A DNA stretch of 60,472 nucleotides, filler included. It is 5 parts of 5 records of this genome, joined end to end, with 100 filler letters (N's around TTAATTAATTAA, not from the genome) between each part and the next. Parts side by side here need not be neighbours in the genome. Positions count along the whole stretch, not along the records: positions 41,897 to 48,495 come from DRR378314_1051; positions 48,596 to 60,472 come from DRR378314_1052; 3 more parts are not named here. One strand, 5' to 3'. Position 1 is the stretch's first letter, and the number at the start of each line of letters is the position of its first letter. Of this stretch, positions 45,333 to 55,860 are shown one piece after another. The translations under genes and the position numbers were made by a program. Below the pieces are notes generated by a model. It did not search any database and was not told where the DNA came from. It saw only the letters and a list, made by a program, of their open reading frames with translations.

Positions 45333-46778
45333 ATGAGACGCCTGCGCAATGTAAAGATCGTCGCGACCCTTGGTCCGGCATCTGACAATTACGAGATGAT
45401 TGAGGCGCTGCATAAAGCGGGCGCAGATGTGTTCCGGTTGAATATGAGTCATGGCAGCCACGCGGAAATTCGTGAAAAACACCGGATCATCCGCGAGGTA
45501 GAGAGCAACCTGAACAGTACCATTGGCATTCTGGCGGATCTGCAGGGACCGAAGCTGCGGGTTGGTGTGTTCTCTGGTGATAGTGAACAATTGGTTGTGG
45601 GCGCTGCCTTCCGTCTGGATCTGGATCCTGAAGAAGGGGATGCCTCCCGTGTCTGCCTGCCCCACCCGGAGATTTTTGCCGCGCTGAAGCCGGGGGCCAG
45701 CCTGTTGGTCAATGATGGCAAGATCCGCCTCAAGGTCATTGAGTGTGGTGCGGATTTTGCGAATTGCGAAGTGGTCATCGGCGGGGTGATTTCGAATCGC
45801 AAGGGTGTGAACGTGCCGGATGTGGTGCTGCCATTGGCGGCCCTGTCCGAGAAAGATCGCGCGGATCTGGAGTTTGTTTGCGAATTGGGTGTCGATTGGC
45901 TGGCGCTGTCCTTTGTGCAGCGGCCTGAAGATGTGACAGAGGCGCGCGAACTGGCCAAGGGCCGCGCGGCCTTGCTGTCGAAAATCGAAAAACCATCTGC
46001 GGTTGATCGCTTTGAGGATATCCTTGAAGTGAGCGATGGCATCATGGTGGCGCGTGGTGATCTGGGTGTGGAGCTGCCGGTGCAGAACGTGCCGCCGATC
46101 CAGAAGCGTCTGGTGCGCAAGTGCCGCGCGGCTGCCAAGCCAGTTATTGTCGCGACGCAGATGCTGGAATCAATGATTGAAAGCCCGATGCCGACCCGCG
46201 CCGAAGTGTCTGATGTGGCTACGGCGATTTATGAAGGTGCGGACGCGGTGATGTTGAGTGCGGAATCTGCTGCTGGTGATTTTCCGATCGAGGCTGTCAC
46301 CACAATGGACAACGTCGCCCGCGAGGTTGAGGTTGATCCGACCTATACGGAGATTATCGAATCCTCACGTAAGGCAGACCGGATGACCGTAGCGGATGGC
46401 ATCGTTGCCGCTGCTCGTGAAATTGCGGAAACCACGGATATCAAGGCAATCTGCTGTTTTACGCAGAGCGGCACAACCGCATTGCTGACCGCGCGGGAAC
46501 GCCCACGGGTGCCGGTGATTGCGCTGACGCCTTTGGTGAACACAGCGCGGCGGCTCGCGCTGAGCTGGGGCACGAATTGTGTGATCACCGGGGATGTGGA
46601 CCGCTTTAAAAAGGCGGTTGTCAGTGCCGTGCGCGCCGCTCGCGAAGAAGGGTTCGCCGAGGAAGAGGATCACGTGGTGATTACCGCCGGTGTGCCGTTC
46701 AACGTTCCAGGCAGCACAAACATCCTGCGTGTCGCCCCTTGTGACGAACGTTTGATTTTTCCCGCCGATCCAGAGTAA
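45333..46778 (+). CDS. pyk: Pyruvate kinase
   Basis: KIVATLGPAS, RLNMSHG, DLQGPKLR, MVARGDLG, ATQMLESM and AVMLSAE motifs. Confidence 0.97.
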   Translation: MRRLRNVKIVATLGPASDNYEMIEALHKAGADVFRLNMSHGSHAEIREKHRIIREVESNLNSTIGILADLQGPKLRVGVFSGDSEQLVVGAAFRLDLDPEEGDASRVCLPHPEIFAALKPGASLLVNDGKIRLKVIECGADFANCEVVIGGVISNRKGVNVPDVVLPLAALSEKDRADLEFVCELGVDWLALSFVQRPEDVTEARELAKGRAALLSKIEKPSAVDRFEDILEVSDGIMVARGDLGVELPVQNVPPIQKRLVRKCRAAAKPVIVATQMLESMIESPMPTRAEVSDVATAIYEGADAVMLSAESAAGDFPIEAVTTMDNVAREVEVDPTYTEIIESSRKADRMTVADGIVAAAREIAETTDIKAICCFTQSGTTALLTARERPRVPVIALTPLVNTARRLALSWGTNCVITGDVDRFKKAVVSAVRAAREEGFAEEEDHVVITAGVPFNVPGSTNILRVAPCDERLIFPADPE

Positions 46779-46808
46779 TATCCCACAGGTTGTAGTGGGA
46801 GAGCAAAA

Positions 46809-47033
46809 ATGGACCCTGATTTGGCATTGTCCCTTGGTATGGTGATTGCCGCCTTTTCCGTGCCGTCCATTTTATCAGCTTTGACCGACCGGCGTGCGCC
46901 ACGGGCATCAGCGTTGACCATACTTATGGGCGGCGCGCTGATCCTTTATGCGATGCAGAACAAGCCGGGCGGCTATACTTTTGAGCAGGTGCCGGATGTT
47001 TTTGTCAGCGTGCTGGCGCGTTATATGCCCTGA
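46809..47033 (+). CDS. Small membrane protein, hypothetical
   Basis: 74 aa with two hydrophobic segments and a GGGAG RBS, directly after pyk. Confidence 0.7.
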   Translation: MDPDLALSLGMVIAAFSVPSILSALTDRRAPRASALTILMGGALILYAMQNKPGGYTFEQVPDVFVSVLARYMP

Positions 47034-47422
47034 TCCGCCTTGGGCGGTGCTGCGGGGGTGTCCTGACTAAAGATATTGATCCAGCCATCTGCCGCCCTTT
47101 GCCAAACGGAGCTGACGTACATGGTTTCGTGCTTTGATGCGGCTTCCCTTTGGAAATTGGCGCGATAGCTGAGCAGAGCGTGCTCTGCGCCTAGCGAAAG
47201 CAGCTGTATCTCCTGCATCTCATAGCTGTGGATGGTCGGCCCGTGATCCAATTGCCCGCAGTGATCATGTTTGCTGGCGAATCCGTCCGGATATACCCCA
47301 AGAAACCGGTCGCTGAGCAGCGCATCATCTGCGGCGCGGTCCCCGGAAACCAACGCCTCCCAGACTTTTTTCTCATGAACAGTGATGATGCCCATCAGGG
47401 CGTTGGGGTCGTGATCTGACAT
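47021..47422 (-). CDS. NTF2-like/DUF4440 family protein
   Basis: WEALVSGD..LLSDRF..SSVWQR..W..FSQDT pattern, with a GAGG RBS. Confidence 0.75.
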   Translation of the reverse strand: MSDHDPNALMGIITVHEKKVWEALVSGDRAADDALLSDRFLGVYPDGFASKHDHCGQLDHGPTIHSYEMQEIQLLSLGAEHALLSYRANFQREAASKHETMYVSSVWQRAADGWINIFSQDTPAAPPKADQGI

Positions 47423-47526
47423 TGTTTCCTCGGGGTTAAATCGCTATCTGGGGCGTAGCAGGCTGGGCCAGATTGGGGCAGGGGCCCGCACAAGGCAAGG
47501 ATGGGTCGGCATTTCGCCCATAGCCC

Positions 47527-47555
47527 TTGCCAAGGAAGATTTTCCCCCCTATAGG
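47527..47555 (+). promoter_or_regulatory. Sigma70-type promoter of rpmI-rplT
   Basis: TTGCCA-N17-TATAGG, 80 nt upstream of rpmI. Confidence 0.55.
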
Positions 47556-47634
47556 CACAGCTTCAACCCGCACGTCCGGCCCATGTGGCATGCCGAGTCG
47601 TGCGTAAACCGAACCTAAATATACGGAGACGGAA

Positions 47635-47835
47635 ATGCCTAAGATGAAGACGAAATCGAGCGCCAAAAAGCGCTTTAAGATCTCGGCGACCGGCAAGGTC
47701 ATCGCGGGTCAGGCTGGTAAACAGCATGGCATGATCAAACGGACCAAAAAGTTCATCCGTAACGCACGCGGCACGACAGCATTGTCTGCGCCTGATGCAA
47801 AGATCATCAAGGGCTTCATGCCCTACGACCGCTAA
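47635..47835 (+). CDS. rpmI: 50S ribosomal protein L35
   Basis: [14 protein letters not shown]. Confidence 0.97.
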   Translation: MPKMKTKSSAKKRFKISATGKVIAGQAGKQHGMIKRTKKFIRNARGTTALSAPDAKIIKGFMPYDR

Positions 47836-47850
47836 GATAGGAGACCTAGC

Positions 47851-48216
47851 ATGGCACGAGTAAAAGGTGGGACAGTTACCCACGCCCGTCACAAGAAGAT
47901 CGTCAAAGCCGCCAAGGGGTATTACGGTCGTCGCAAAAACGTCTTTAAGGTCGCCACACAGGCGGTCGATAAGGCCAACCAATATGCAACCCGTGACCGC
48001 AAGAATCGCAAGCGCAACTTCCGCGCATTGTGGATCCAGCGGATCAACGCGGCCGTTCGTTCGCATGACGAAGCGCTGACATACAGCCGTTTCATCAATG
48101 GTCTTAACCTCGCAGGCATCGAAGTGGACCGTAAGGTTCTGGCCGATCTGGCAGTGAACGAACCCGATGCCTTTGGTGCGATTGTGAAAACAGCGCAGGA
48201 TGCGCTGGCAGCCTAA
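47851..48216 (+). CDS. rplT: 50S ribosomal protein L20
   Basis: [37 protein letters not shown]. Confidence 0.98.
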   Translation: MARVKGGTVTHARHKKIVKAAKGYYGRRKNVFKVATQAVDKANQYATRDRKNRKRNFRALWIQRINAAVRSHDEALTYSRFINGLNLAGIEVDRKVLADLAVNEPDAFGAIVKTAQDALAA

Positions 48217-48240
48217 GCGCTGACAGACAGAGATTTTGGG

Positions 48241-48271
48241 AAAGCCCTGCGCAGATCGCGCGGGGCTTTTT
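48241..48271 (+). terminator. Rho-independent terminator after rplT
   Basis: AAAGCCCTGCGC-AGATC-GCGCGGGGCTTTTT. Confidence 0.75.
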
Positions 48272-48465
48272 CCGTTTCTGGCCGCGGGGCCGGAGAGGTA
48301 TTTCCGCGCTGATTGTAAGCGGCCATTGGGGCTGAATTGGGTACAGTTCACAGGTGGATTACCACGAACAAGCAGGTTTCTTTTCGATATTGAAATTAAA
48401 CTGATGTCAGGGTGGTTTTTCTCCTTGTGGTCCCAATCTCTTGCTCGTATACGGTCCGAACTTGG

Positions 48466-48495
48466 CGCGGGATGGAGCAGCCCGGTAGCTCGTCA
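48466..48495 (+). tRNA. tRNA-fMet (initiator), 5' fragment cut by the contig end
   Basis: CGCGGGATGGAGCAGCCCGGTAGCTCGTCA matches the initiator tRNA acceptor and D-arm. The anticodon is not in the contig. Confidence 0.8.
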
Positions 48496-48595
48496 NNNNN
48501 NNNNNNNNNNNNNNNNNNNNNNNNNNNNNNNNNNNNNNNTTAATTAATTAANNNNNNNNNNNNNNNNNNNNNNNNNNNNNNNNNNNNNNNNNNNN
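48496..48595. other. Artificial contig-joining spacer
   Basis: N-run + TTAATTAATTAA + N-run. Confidence 0.98.
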
Positions 48596-49795
48596 ATTGG
48601 CCAGATGCTTGTTCTCGCTCATCAGCGCAGCTGTGGTCACCTCGGCGATCATGAAACCGGAGTTCAGTCCCGGGTTCGGCGTCAGGAAGGGCGGCAGGTC
48701 GTGGCTGAGGGTCGGGTCGACCATAAGCGCCACCCGGCGCTGCGCGATCGCGCCGATTTCGGCCACGGCGAGGGCCATCTGATCGGCAGCAAAGCCCACG
48801 TATTCGGCGTGGAAGTTGCCGCCTGAAACGATCAGTCCCTGTTCGACAAGCACCAACGGATTGTCGGTCACCGCGTTGGCCTCGACCTCCAGCGTGCGGG
48901 CGGCCATGCGCAGGACATCCAGCGCCGCGCCCACAACCTGCGGCTGGCAGCGGATGCAATAGGGGTCTTGGACGCGGGTGTCGCCCTCGCGGTGGCTTTC
49001 GCGAATCTCCGACCCCTGCATGATGTCGCGCATCTGGGTCGCCACGTCGATCTGACCAGCATGACCGCGCAGGGTGTGGATGTCCGCCACCAGCGGCGCG
49101 GTGGAGCCCATGATCGCATCCGTGGTGAGCGAGGCAATCGCCATCGAAGCGCGTGCCAGCTCTAGCGCCTGGAACAGCCCCGCCAAGGCACAGGCCGTGG
49201 AAAACTGCGTGCCGTTGATCAGGCCGAGGCCTTCCTTCGGGCCCAGCACGATCGGTTCCAGCCCGGCGCGTTTCAGCGCCTCGGCTCCGGTCAGACGCGC
49301 GCCTTCATAGATCGCCTCGCCCTCACCAATCATGGCCGCGGTCATATGTGCCAGCGGGGCCAGATCGCCCGACGCCCCGACAGAGCCCTGCGAGGGCACC
49401 ACAGGGGTGACGCCGCGCGCCAGCATCTCCTCGATCTGTTCGATCACCAGCCAGCGCACACCGGAGGCACCTCGACCCAGCGACAGCAGTTTCAGCGCCA
49501 TCATCAGCCGAACCTTGTCTTCCGCAAGCGGTTCACCCACCCCGCAGGAATGGCTGAGGATCAGGTTGCGTTGCAGCGTCTCGGTGTCTCCGGCGGCGAT
49601 CTTGGTCGAGGCCAGTTTGCCAAATCCGGTGTTGATACCATAGACCGGCGCCTCGCCCGCGGCGGCCTCGGCCACCATGGCGGCAGCCGCCTCGACGCCC
49701 TCGCGGGCGGAGCGGTCCAGACGGGCGGGGGTGCCCTTGCGCCAGATTTCTTCCAGAGTAGCGAGGGTGACTGTGCCGGGGATCATCTCGATCAT
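48596..49795 (-). CDS. hutH: Histidine ammonia-lyase, 3'-truncated
   Basis: [11 protein letters not shown]-forming [20 protein letters not shown] and SGGNFH motifs. Confidence 0.96.
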
Positions 49796-51009
49796 GTGCG
49801 GGTCTCCAGTTTGCCGCCCGTTACGCGGGCGTGAAGCGGGTTGAAGCCAATGCGGTAAGCCAGCTCTGCCGGGCGGGTTACATCCCAGATCGCCAGATCG
49901 GCGCGCAGGCCAGAGGCGATGCGGCCCCGGTCCGACAGGCCCAGCGCGCGGGCTGCGTTGCAGGTCACACCCGCCAGCGCCTCTTCGGGCGTCAGACGAA
50001 ACAGGGTGCAGCCCATGTTGAGCGTCAGCAGAAGCGAGCTCAGCGGTGAGGAGCCGGGGTTGCAATCCGTCGCCAGCGCCATCGGCACGCCATGGGCACG
50101 GAAATGCTCCATCGGCGGCAGTTGCGTCTCTCGGATGGTGTAGAAAGCGCCGGGCAGCAGCACCGCAACGGAGCCCGCCGCCGCCATGGCGCGGGCGTCG
50201 TCTTCGGTAGCGTATTCCACGTGATCCACCGACAGCGCGCCGCGTTCGGCGGCCAATTTGGTGCCGCCCTGATGCGACAGCTGTTCGGCGTGCAGCTTCA
50301 CCGGCAGGCCCAGTTCTGCCGCCAGATCGAACACGCGCGCGATTTGTTCGGCGGAAAAGGCGATCCCCTCGCAAAATCCATCTACCGCATCAACCAGCCC
50401 TTCGGCATGGGCGGCGCGTAGGGTCGGCAGGCAGACCTCGTCGAGATAGGTATCGGCGCGATTCGCATAGTCCGCTGGCACGGCATGGGCGCCGAGGAAA
50501 GTGGTCTTCACCGTCACATCCCGCAGCTCGCCCAACCGACGCGCCGCACGCAGCATGGTCAGTTCGGTTTCACGGTCGAGCCCGTAGCCGGATTTCACTT
50601 CGACCGAGGTCACCCCTTCGGCGATCAGTGTATCCAGGCGCGGCAGTGCACCCGCCACCAATGCATCCAGATCCGCCGCCCGCGTTGCCGTCACGGTAGA
50701 GACAATGCCGCCCCCAGCGCGGGCGACTTCCTCGTAAGAAGCGCCGTTCAACCGCATTTCGAACTCGCCCGCGCGGTCGCCGCCAAAGACGATATGGGTG
50801 TGGCAATCAATCAGCCCCGGCGTCACCAGCCGACCGCCAAGATCCTCAGCGGCCCATTCGGAATAGGAGTCCGGCAGCGCATCCGCCGGCCCACACCATG
50901 CGATCCTGTCGCCCTGAACGGCCATCGCCCCGTCCTCGATCAACCCATAAGGCGCCCCTGGCTCCATCGTGGCCAGCTTCGCCCCGGTCAGCACGTATCT
51001 GTCGCGCAT
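49792..51009 (-). CDS. hutI: Imidazolonepropionase
   Basis: [29 protein letters not shown] and [10 protein letters not shown] motifs. Confidence 0.96.
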   Translation of the reverse strand: MRDRYVLTGAKLATMEPGAPYGLIEDGAMAVQGDRIAWCGPADALPDSYSEWAAEDLGGRLVTPGLIDCHTHIVFGGDRAGEFEMRLNGASYEEVARAGGGIVSTVTATRAADLDALVAGALPRLDTLIAEGVTSVEVKSGYGLDRETELTMLRAARRLGELRDVTVKTTFLGAHAVPADYANRADTYLDEVCLPTLRAAHAEGLVDAVDGFCEGIAFSAEQIARVFDLAAELGLPVKLHAEQLSHQGGTKLAAERGALSVDHVEYATEDDARAMAAAGSVAVLLPGAFYTIRETQLPPMEHFRAHGVPMALATDCNPGSSPLSSLLLTLNMGCTLFRLTPEEALAGVTCNAARALGLSDRGRIASGLRADLAIWDVTRPAELAYRIGFNPLHARVTGGKLETRT

Positions 51010-51061
51010 ATCGCCCCCCTTAGAATTCACTTGCTCCTTAGACGGTATGCGCATATTCTCA

Positions 51062-51077
51062 TTATGTCTATACATAA
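51062..51077. promoter_or_regulatory. Putative HutC operator
   Basis: Near-perfect palindrome TTATGTCTATACATAA between divergent hutI and hutF. It resembles the TGTA-N2-TACA HutC box. Confidence 0.8.
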
Positions 51078-51086
51078 GAGGGTCAG

Positions 51087-52451
51087 ATGCAGACAATTTT
51101 TGCCGCCACCGCCTGTTTGCCCGAGGGTTGGGCTAGTGATGTTCGTCTGACCATCGACGGCGGCCGCCTTCAGCGGATCGACGTCGGAGCCGCGCCACAA
51201 CCCGGCGATACCCATGTGGACGTCATAATGCCGGCGTTGGCAAATCTGCACTCACATAGCTTTCAGCGCGCCATGGCCGGGCGGACAGAATATCGCGCAG
51301 GCGGTCAGGATAGCTTCTGGACTTGGCGCGAGCTGATGTACCGCTTCCTCGACCACCTGACGCCAGAGCACTACGAGGCCATTGCTGCGCTCACCTTCAT
51401 GGAGATGCTTGAGGCAGGCTATGCCTCAGTGGGAGAATTCCACTACGTCCACCACCAACCCGGAGGCGGCGCCTATGACACACTCGCCGAACTCAGCCAG
51501 CGGGTGATGGCGGGCGCCTCACAGACCGGTATCGGTCTGACCCATCTGCCGGTGCTCTATACCTATGGCGGTGCCGAGCGGCAGACGCTGGCTGGCGGTC
51601 AGCAGCGGTTTGGCAATGACGTTGAGCAGTTCGCGCGGCTTGTCGCCGAGGCCCGCGGCGCGGCGCAAGAGCTACCGTCCGACACCCGGGTCGGTATCGC
51701 GCCGCATTCCCTGCGCGCCACCTGCCCCGAAGACCTCGCCTCCGTTCTGGCGGTGGCCGAGGGCAACCCGATCCACATCCACATCGCCGAGCAACCGCGC
51801 GAAGTGGCCGAGATCAAGACCTGGCTTGGCGCACGACCTGTCGAATGGCTCCTGGACAACGCCCCGGTCAACGATCAGTGGTGCCTGATCCATGCCACCC
51901 ATATGACCAAGGACGAGACACGCGACATGGCCCGCAGCGGCGCCGTGGCCGGCTTGTGTCCGGTGACCGAAGCAAACCTTGGCGACGGCCCCTTCAATGG
52001 GCCGCAGTATCTGGGAGAAGGCGGGCGATTTGGGGTCGGATCAGACTCTAACGTGCGGATTTCACTAGTCGAGGAGCTGCGCACGCTAGAGTATTCCCAG
52101 CGACTGCGGGATCTCGCCCGCAATGTACTGGTGCCCGGCGAAGGGTCTGTCGGCGACACGCTTTACCGCGGCGCGGCCATGGGCGGTGCGCAGGCGCTCG
52201 GACGGGATGCTGGGCGGCTGGAGGTCGGCGCTCTGGCGGATCTGGTGGCCATTGATCGCAATCATCCGGCACTGTTCGGCCTGCCAGATGGGCAAATTCT
52301 TGACGGTCTGTGTTTTGCCGCCGACGACCGGAGCGTCACCGATGTCTGGGCCGCCGGGCGCCATATGGTACAGGGTGGGCGCCACATCGCCCGCGACGCC
52401 ATTGTGGCGCATTACCGCACCGCGATCAGCGATCTTCTGGCAGCGATGTAA
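51087..52451 (+). CDS. hutF: Formimidoylglutamate deiminase
   Basis: [48 protein letters not shown] and GSDSN motifs. Confidence 0.95.
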   Translation: MQTIFAATACLPEGWASDVRLTIDGGRLQRIDVGAAPQPGDTHVDVIMPALANLHSHSFQRAMAGRTEYRAGGQDSFWTWRELMYRFLDHLTPEHYEAIAALTFMEMLEAGYASVGEFHYVHHQPGGGAYDTLAELSQRVMAGASQTGIGLTHLPVLYTYGGAERQTLAGGQQRFGNDVEQFARLVAEARGAAQELPSDTRVGIAPHSLRATCPEDLASVLAVAEGNPIHIHIAEQPREVAEIKTWLGARPVEWLLDNAPVNDQWCLIHATHMTKDETRDMARSGAVAGLCPVTEANLGDGPFNGPQYLGEGGRFGVGSDSNVRISLVEELRTLEYSQRLRDLARNVLVPGEGSVGDTLYRGAAMGGAQALGRDAGRLEVGALADLVAIDRNHPALFGLPDGQILDGLCFAADDRSVTDVWAAGRHMVQGGRHIARDAIVAHYRTAISDLLAAM

Positions 52452-52959
52452 ACCTCAGCCGCACCGCTGAACCCACGGTCGCCGCTTCGGTGGCGACCGG
52501 ACAGCGCATGCCCTGCCCCTCGGTCAGGATCGTACCGTCGGACAGCGTCAAATCGGAAGTGATCGCATAGAGGATATCCCCGGCCGCAGGTCTGATGCTC
52601 TCTGCAAACACCACCATATCAGCCTGAACTTGCGCAGGATCGTAGATCACATTGAAGGCCCGGCAGGTGCCGCCAATGAGCGTCGCGTCCAATGGCATTC
52701 CACCGTCAAAACGCAGCGGCTTCAGCGGTCTGGCCTGCAACACCTCGTCCGCACCGCGAAGGTCGAGTCCGCGCCCCTCCACGATGGTGTGGATTCTCTG
52801 CACCCCCGGAAAGGCTGAAAACGGCCCGTTCCGCGTGATGTCCGCAAGGCTCAACCGCCACAGCAGCTTGCCCGCCCGTTCTTGCAGCGCAAGCTCCCGC
52901 GTTGTACCGCCACCGTTCTTCCACGGCACTGGCTCCGCTGTTGTTGCATCAAAGCGCAT
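52426..52959 (-). CDS. hutD: HutD/Ves family protein
   Basis: PWKNGGGTTRE..WRLSLA..GPFSAFPG. Confidence 0.9.
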   Translation of the reverse strand: MRFDATTAEPVPWKNGGGTTRELALQERAGKLLWRLSLADITRNGPFSAFPGVQRIHTIVEGRGLDLRGADEVLQARPLKPLRFDGGMPLDATLIGGTCRAFNVIYDPAQVQADMVVFAESIRPAAGDILYAITSDLTLSDGTILTEGQGMRCPVATEAATVGSAVRLRFTSLPEDR

Positions 52960-53037
52960 GAGCTCTCCTTTACAATCGCAGTTTAATGCAGACATATTGA
53001 ACATAAGCCAGAGTTATTATTCAAGCGGAGCCCTGAG

Positions 53038-53739
53038 GTGCCACAGCAGAAGAAAATCAGCTTTCAGGACGTGCGTGACGAGGTCATGCGGCGGATCGAG
53101 GCGCGCGTCTGGCCGCAAGGCGCCCTGCTGCCGACGGAAGCGGAACTGGCAGAAGAATTCGGCTGCGCCCGCGCCACCGTGAATCGCGCCCTGCGCGAAC
53201 TGGCTGATCGTGGCGTGATCGATCGCAAACGCAAGAGCGGCACTCGGGTTGCAACATTGCCAGTGAAGCAGGCCAAGCTGGAGATCGCAACCTCTCGCAG
53301 GCTGGTAGAGGAACGCAACGCCACCTACCGCTTTGCCTTGGTATCACGCGAGATGCGCATCGCACCCGGCTGGGTCATTTCGCAGATGCAGCTGGCGGCT
53401 GGAACCGAGGTGCTACACCTCGAAGGCATGCACTACGCCGATGGTCAGCCCTTCCATTTCGAGGATCGCTGGATCAACATTGCGGCCGTCCCGGACAGCG
53501 CCGAGGCCGATTACGCCGAAACACCCCCTGGGGAATGGCTTCTGGCAGCGGTGCCGTTTTCCAATGCCGAGGTGAGTTTTAGTGCGACATCCGCGGATGC
53601 GGCGTTGGCAGAGTATCTGGCCTGCGCACCCGGTGCGGCACTGTTTCAGATGGAACGATCAACGTGGTTTCAGGAGGAGCCGGTGACCTTTGCCCGGATG
53701 ACCTTCCACCCGGGTTATCGCATGCGCAGTCGCTATTGA
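53038..53739 (+). CDS. hutC: Histidine utilization repressor (GntR-UTRA)
   Basis: LPTEAELAEEFGCARATVNRAL wHTH plus a UTRA domain, inside the hut cluster. Confidence 0.85.
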   Translation: MPQQKKISFQDVRDEVMRRIEARVWPQGALLPTEAELAEEFGCARATVNRALRELADRGVIDRKRKSGTRVATLPVKQAKLEIATSRRLVEERNATYRFALVSREMRIAPGWVISQMQLAAGTEVLHLEGMHYADGQPFHFEDRWINIAAVPDSAEADYAETPPGEWLLAAVPFSNAEVSFSATSADAALAEYLACAPGAALFQMERSTWFQEEPVTFARMTFHPGYRMRSRY

Positions 53740-55313
53740 GCCTTGCCAATCAGCGCCTTGGTTTCAAAAGACCTAAGCGTTGGGCGCGACATGCTTTTGT
53801 AGCTCCGCCAGCTGTCACCCATCAGAGCAAAGAACTCGGCGCGGGTTTCGGCATCCAGCCCATCAAGGCTGGCCGCACCGGGATGATAGCTCTCGCTTTC
53901 CAAACCATTGCCACGAATGACTTCGTGACGATCAAACAGAACGTGGAAATACGTGACCGGTTGTCCGTCCAAACGGCGGCGAATGGAGGTGTCGTTCACC
54001 AGGTGATGCGCGGGGACCAGAACTTCGTCCTGCCCAAACAAGACCTCGGCGGTGGCCGACTGCACCAGCACACGATGGCTGGGCGAAAGTTCTATTTCGT
54101 CATGCTCTCCAAGCGCATTGGCCGCAAAGCGCACCGGCGCCTGCACGCCTTCTGCAACACGGGTGCTACGCCCGATCCAGCGAATGGACTGTCCGCCATG
54201 ATCGCGGGTGAGAACCCTCATCCCCACCGTCAGATCTTCGACAGGGACCGGGCCTTGGTCTGTTTCGATCAGAGTGCCCGCCACGAAACAGGGGGTTGTG
54301 GTGACATTGACGAACCCGACGTCGGAATTCCCTTCGTCATCCTCGATCGTATAAGTGAAGGTGGTCGTTTCATCATCATCCACATCATCCTGGCCGGAGA
54401 TGTCGAATGTCCCGTCCGCGTTGAGCGTGACAATCTCGCCATTGGCCAAGGTGACGGAACTGCCAGCCGTAACGGGCTGGTTGTTGATGTGGGTGATGGT
54501 CAATTGCGCGCCATTGCTCTGATCGTCATTGGCCAGAACATCTACGTTGACCGTATCCCCTTCCTGCACCTCGACCTCGTCATCGCCTGCCACCAGTGCT
54601 GTCTGGACCGAGTCCCCAGCGATCAGGAGGTTCGAATCGTAGCTTGAGTCACCGCCATCCGCGATCGCAATCTTGATGTCGTTGGTCTCGCCAGGGTTTA
54701 CCGGCGCGGTCAGCTTCAGCGTGATGGTAAAGCCATCCATCTCGGTGTTGAAGGGATCCGTCCCTGCAGGGTTGTCAACGTACAGATCCTGATTGGAAGA
54801 ATCGTTGATGTTGTTGATGGTGATATTTCCATCCCCCACCACCAACTGCGCTTCGACCCCGTTGACCCAGACCGACACCGCATCGTTAAAACCGGAGTTC
54901 ACGTATTCGAGGTACTCCTCGGACGAAAACACGAACTGCATCGTCAGAGTGGACCCTTCCGGCACAAATTCTGCCTCGAACACCGCCGCGTCATAGGTCG
55001 TGGCCCCGGCGATCTCGTCCAAGTCGGAATCACCGGCTGTACCGTGGCTCGTCGACGTACTGGCGCTGGTATTGGTGTTTGTGGAGCCGGAACTGTTGGT
55101 AACGTCGCGAGCGTTGCCGGTGGACAGGATCACACCACTGTCGGAGGGCGTCACATTGGGCGCAACCGCGTCACCATCGCTGTAGATACCCGACGCCCCA
55201 TTGGCGCCCGTATAGCTGGCCGATTCAACAACGATGCCATTGCCGAACATGGCTTGGGCCATCTCGTCAGCCGTTGCACCCGTGTCGATTGGCAGTTCCT
55301 GAGCAGTCGCCAT
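53733..55313 (-). CDS. Hint-domain (BIL type B/Hint_2) protein with an N-terminal choice-of-anchor-L-like region and an Ig-like repeat
   Basis: SGVILSTG, FVFSSEEY and IAIADGGD..YDS motifs, DVLAND..FTYTI repeat, and PCFVAGTLIET...HEVIRGNGLESES Hint domain. Confidence 0.88.
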   Translation of the reverse strand: MATAQELPIDTGATADEMAQAMFGNGIVVESASYTGANGASGIYSDGDAVAPNVTPSDSGVILSTGNARDVTNSSGSTNTNTSASTSTSHGTAGDSDLDEIAGATTYDAAVFEAEFVPEGSTLTMQFVFSSEEYLEYVNSGFNDAVSVWVNGVEAQLVVGDGNITINNINDSSNQDLYVDNPAGTDPFNTEMDGFTITLKLTAPVNPGETNDIKIAIADGGDSSYDSNLLIAGDSVQTALVAGDDEVEVQEGDTVNVDVLANDDQSNGAQLTITHINNQPVTAGSSVTLANGEIVTLNADGTFDISGQDDVDDDETTTFTYTIEDDEGNSDVGFVNVTTTPCFVAGTLIETDQGPVPVEDLTVGMRVLTRDHGGQSIRWIGRSTRVAEGVQAPVRFAANALGEHDEIELSPSHRVLVQSATAEVLFGQDEVLVPAHHLVNDTSIRRRLDGQPVTYFHVLFDRHEVIRGNGLESESYHPGAASLDGLDAETRAEFFALMGDSWRSYKSMSRPTLRSFETKALIGKAQ

Positions 55314-55475
55314 AGCATTGTCACCCACAGTATTGCGAATACATCCCCATGATGCGCAGTAATCTCGCGTCGCGATCCTCTGCCCGAGGAAGTTGGCAAA
55401 ACTGTGGCGACCTTTGGATCAACCGGCAAGCAAATTGGTTTGACCTTCCCTGCCGCACCCGTCTAATGCAGGCCC

Positions 55476-55841
55476 ATGACACAAAAGAAGCCCTCTCGTC
55501 AGCAGGTCTATACCTTGCTTGTTCAAATCGGTCGCAAGGATGGCGACGGCCTGCCTGCGGGTGCAACCGGCGCTGCGCTCATGATTTATGCGTCCGGCGT
55601 CGACGAAGCCGAAGCGGTGCGCGAGACGGTCGCAATTCTCAAACAGGCCGACACTGCACCGCTCGACGTCACAGGCTACGGCACCATTGCCGAGCGTGAG
55701 GCAGAAGGCCATGAAATTCCAGACGAAGAGCGCGAATTGATGCAGCGTGCGCTGGATGAGAACGCAGTGATCGTTGCTCAGGTGACGCCATTTTTCGGTG
55801 ACGAACTGAACAGCTCAGAAGACGGCAGCGCGCTGCACTGA
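55476..55841 (+). CDS. Conserved hypothetical acidic protein
   Basis: 121-aa ORF with typical codon usage, filling the gap between two opposite-strand genes. Confidence 0.7.
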   Translation: MTQKKPSRQQVYTLLVQIGRKDGDGLPAGATGAALMIYASGVDEAEAVRETVAILKQADTAPLDVTGYGTIAEREAEGHEIPDEERELMQRALDENAVIVAQVTPFFGDELNSSEDGSALH

Positions 55842-55860
55842 TCGCTCTTGTTGGCGCAGA

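Noticed and set aside
48548-50374. 608-aa ORF suggesting an N-terminally extended HutH
   Set aside because: The extension overlaps hutI in another frame. The real start is at 49795, with an ATGA overlap.
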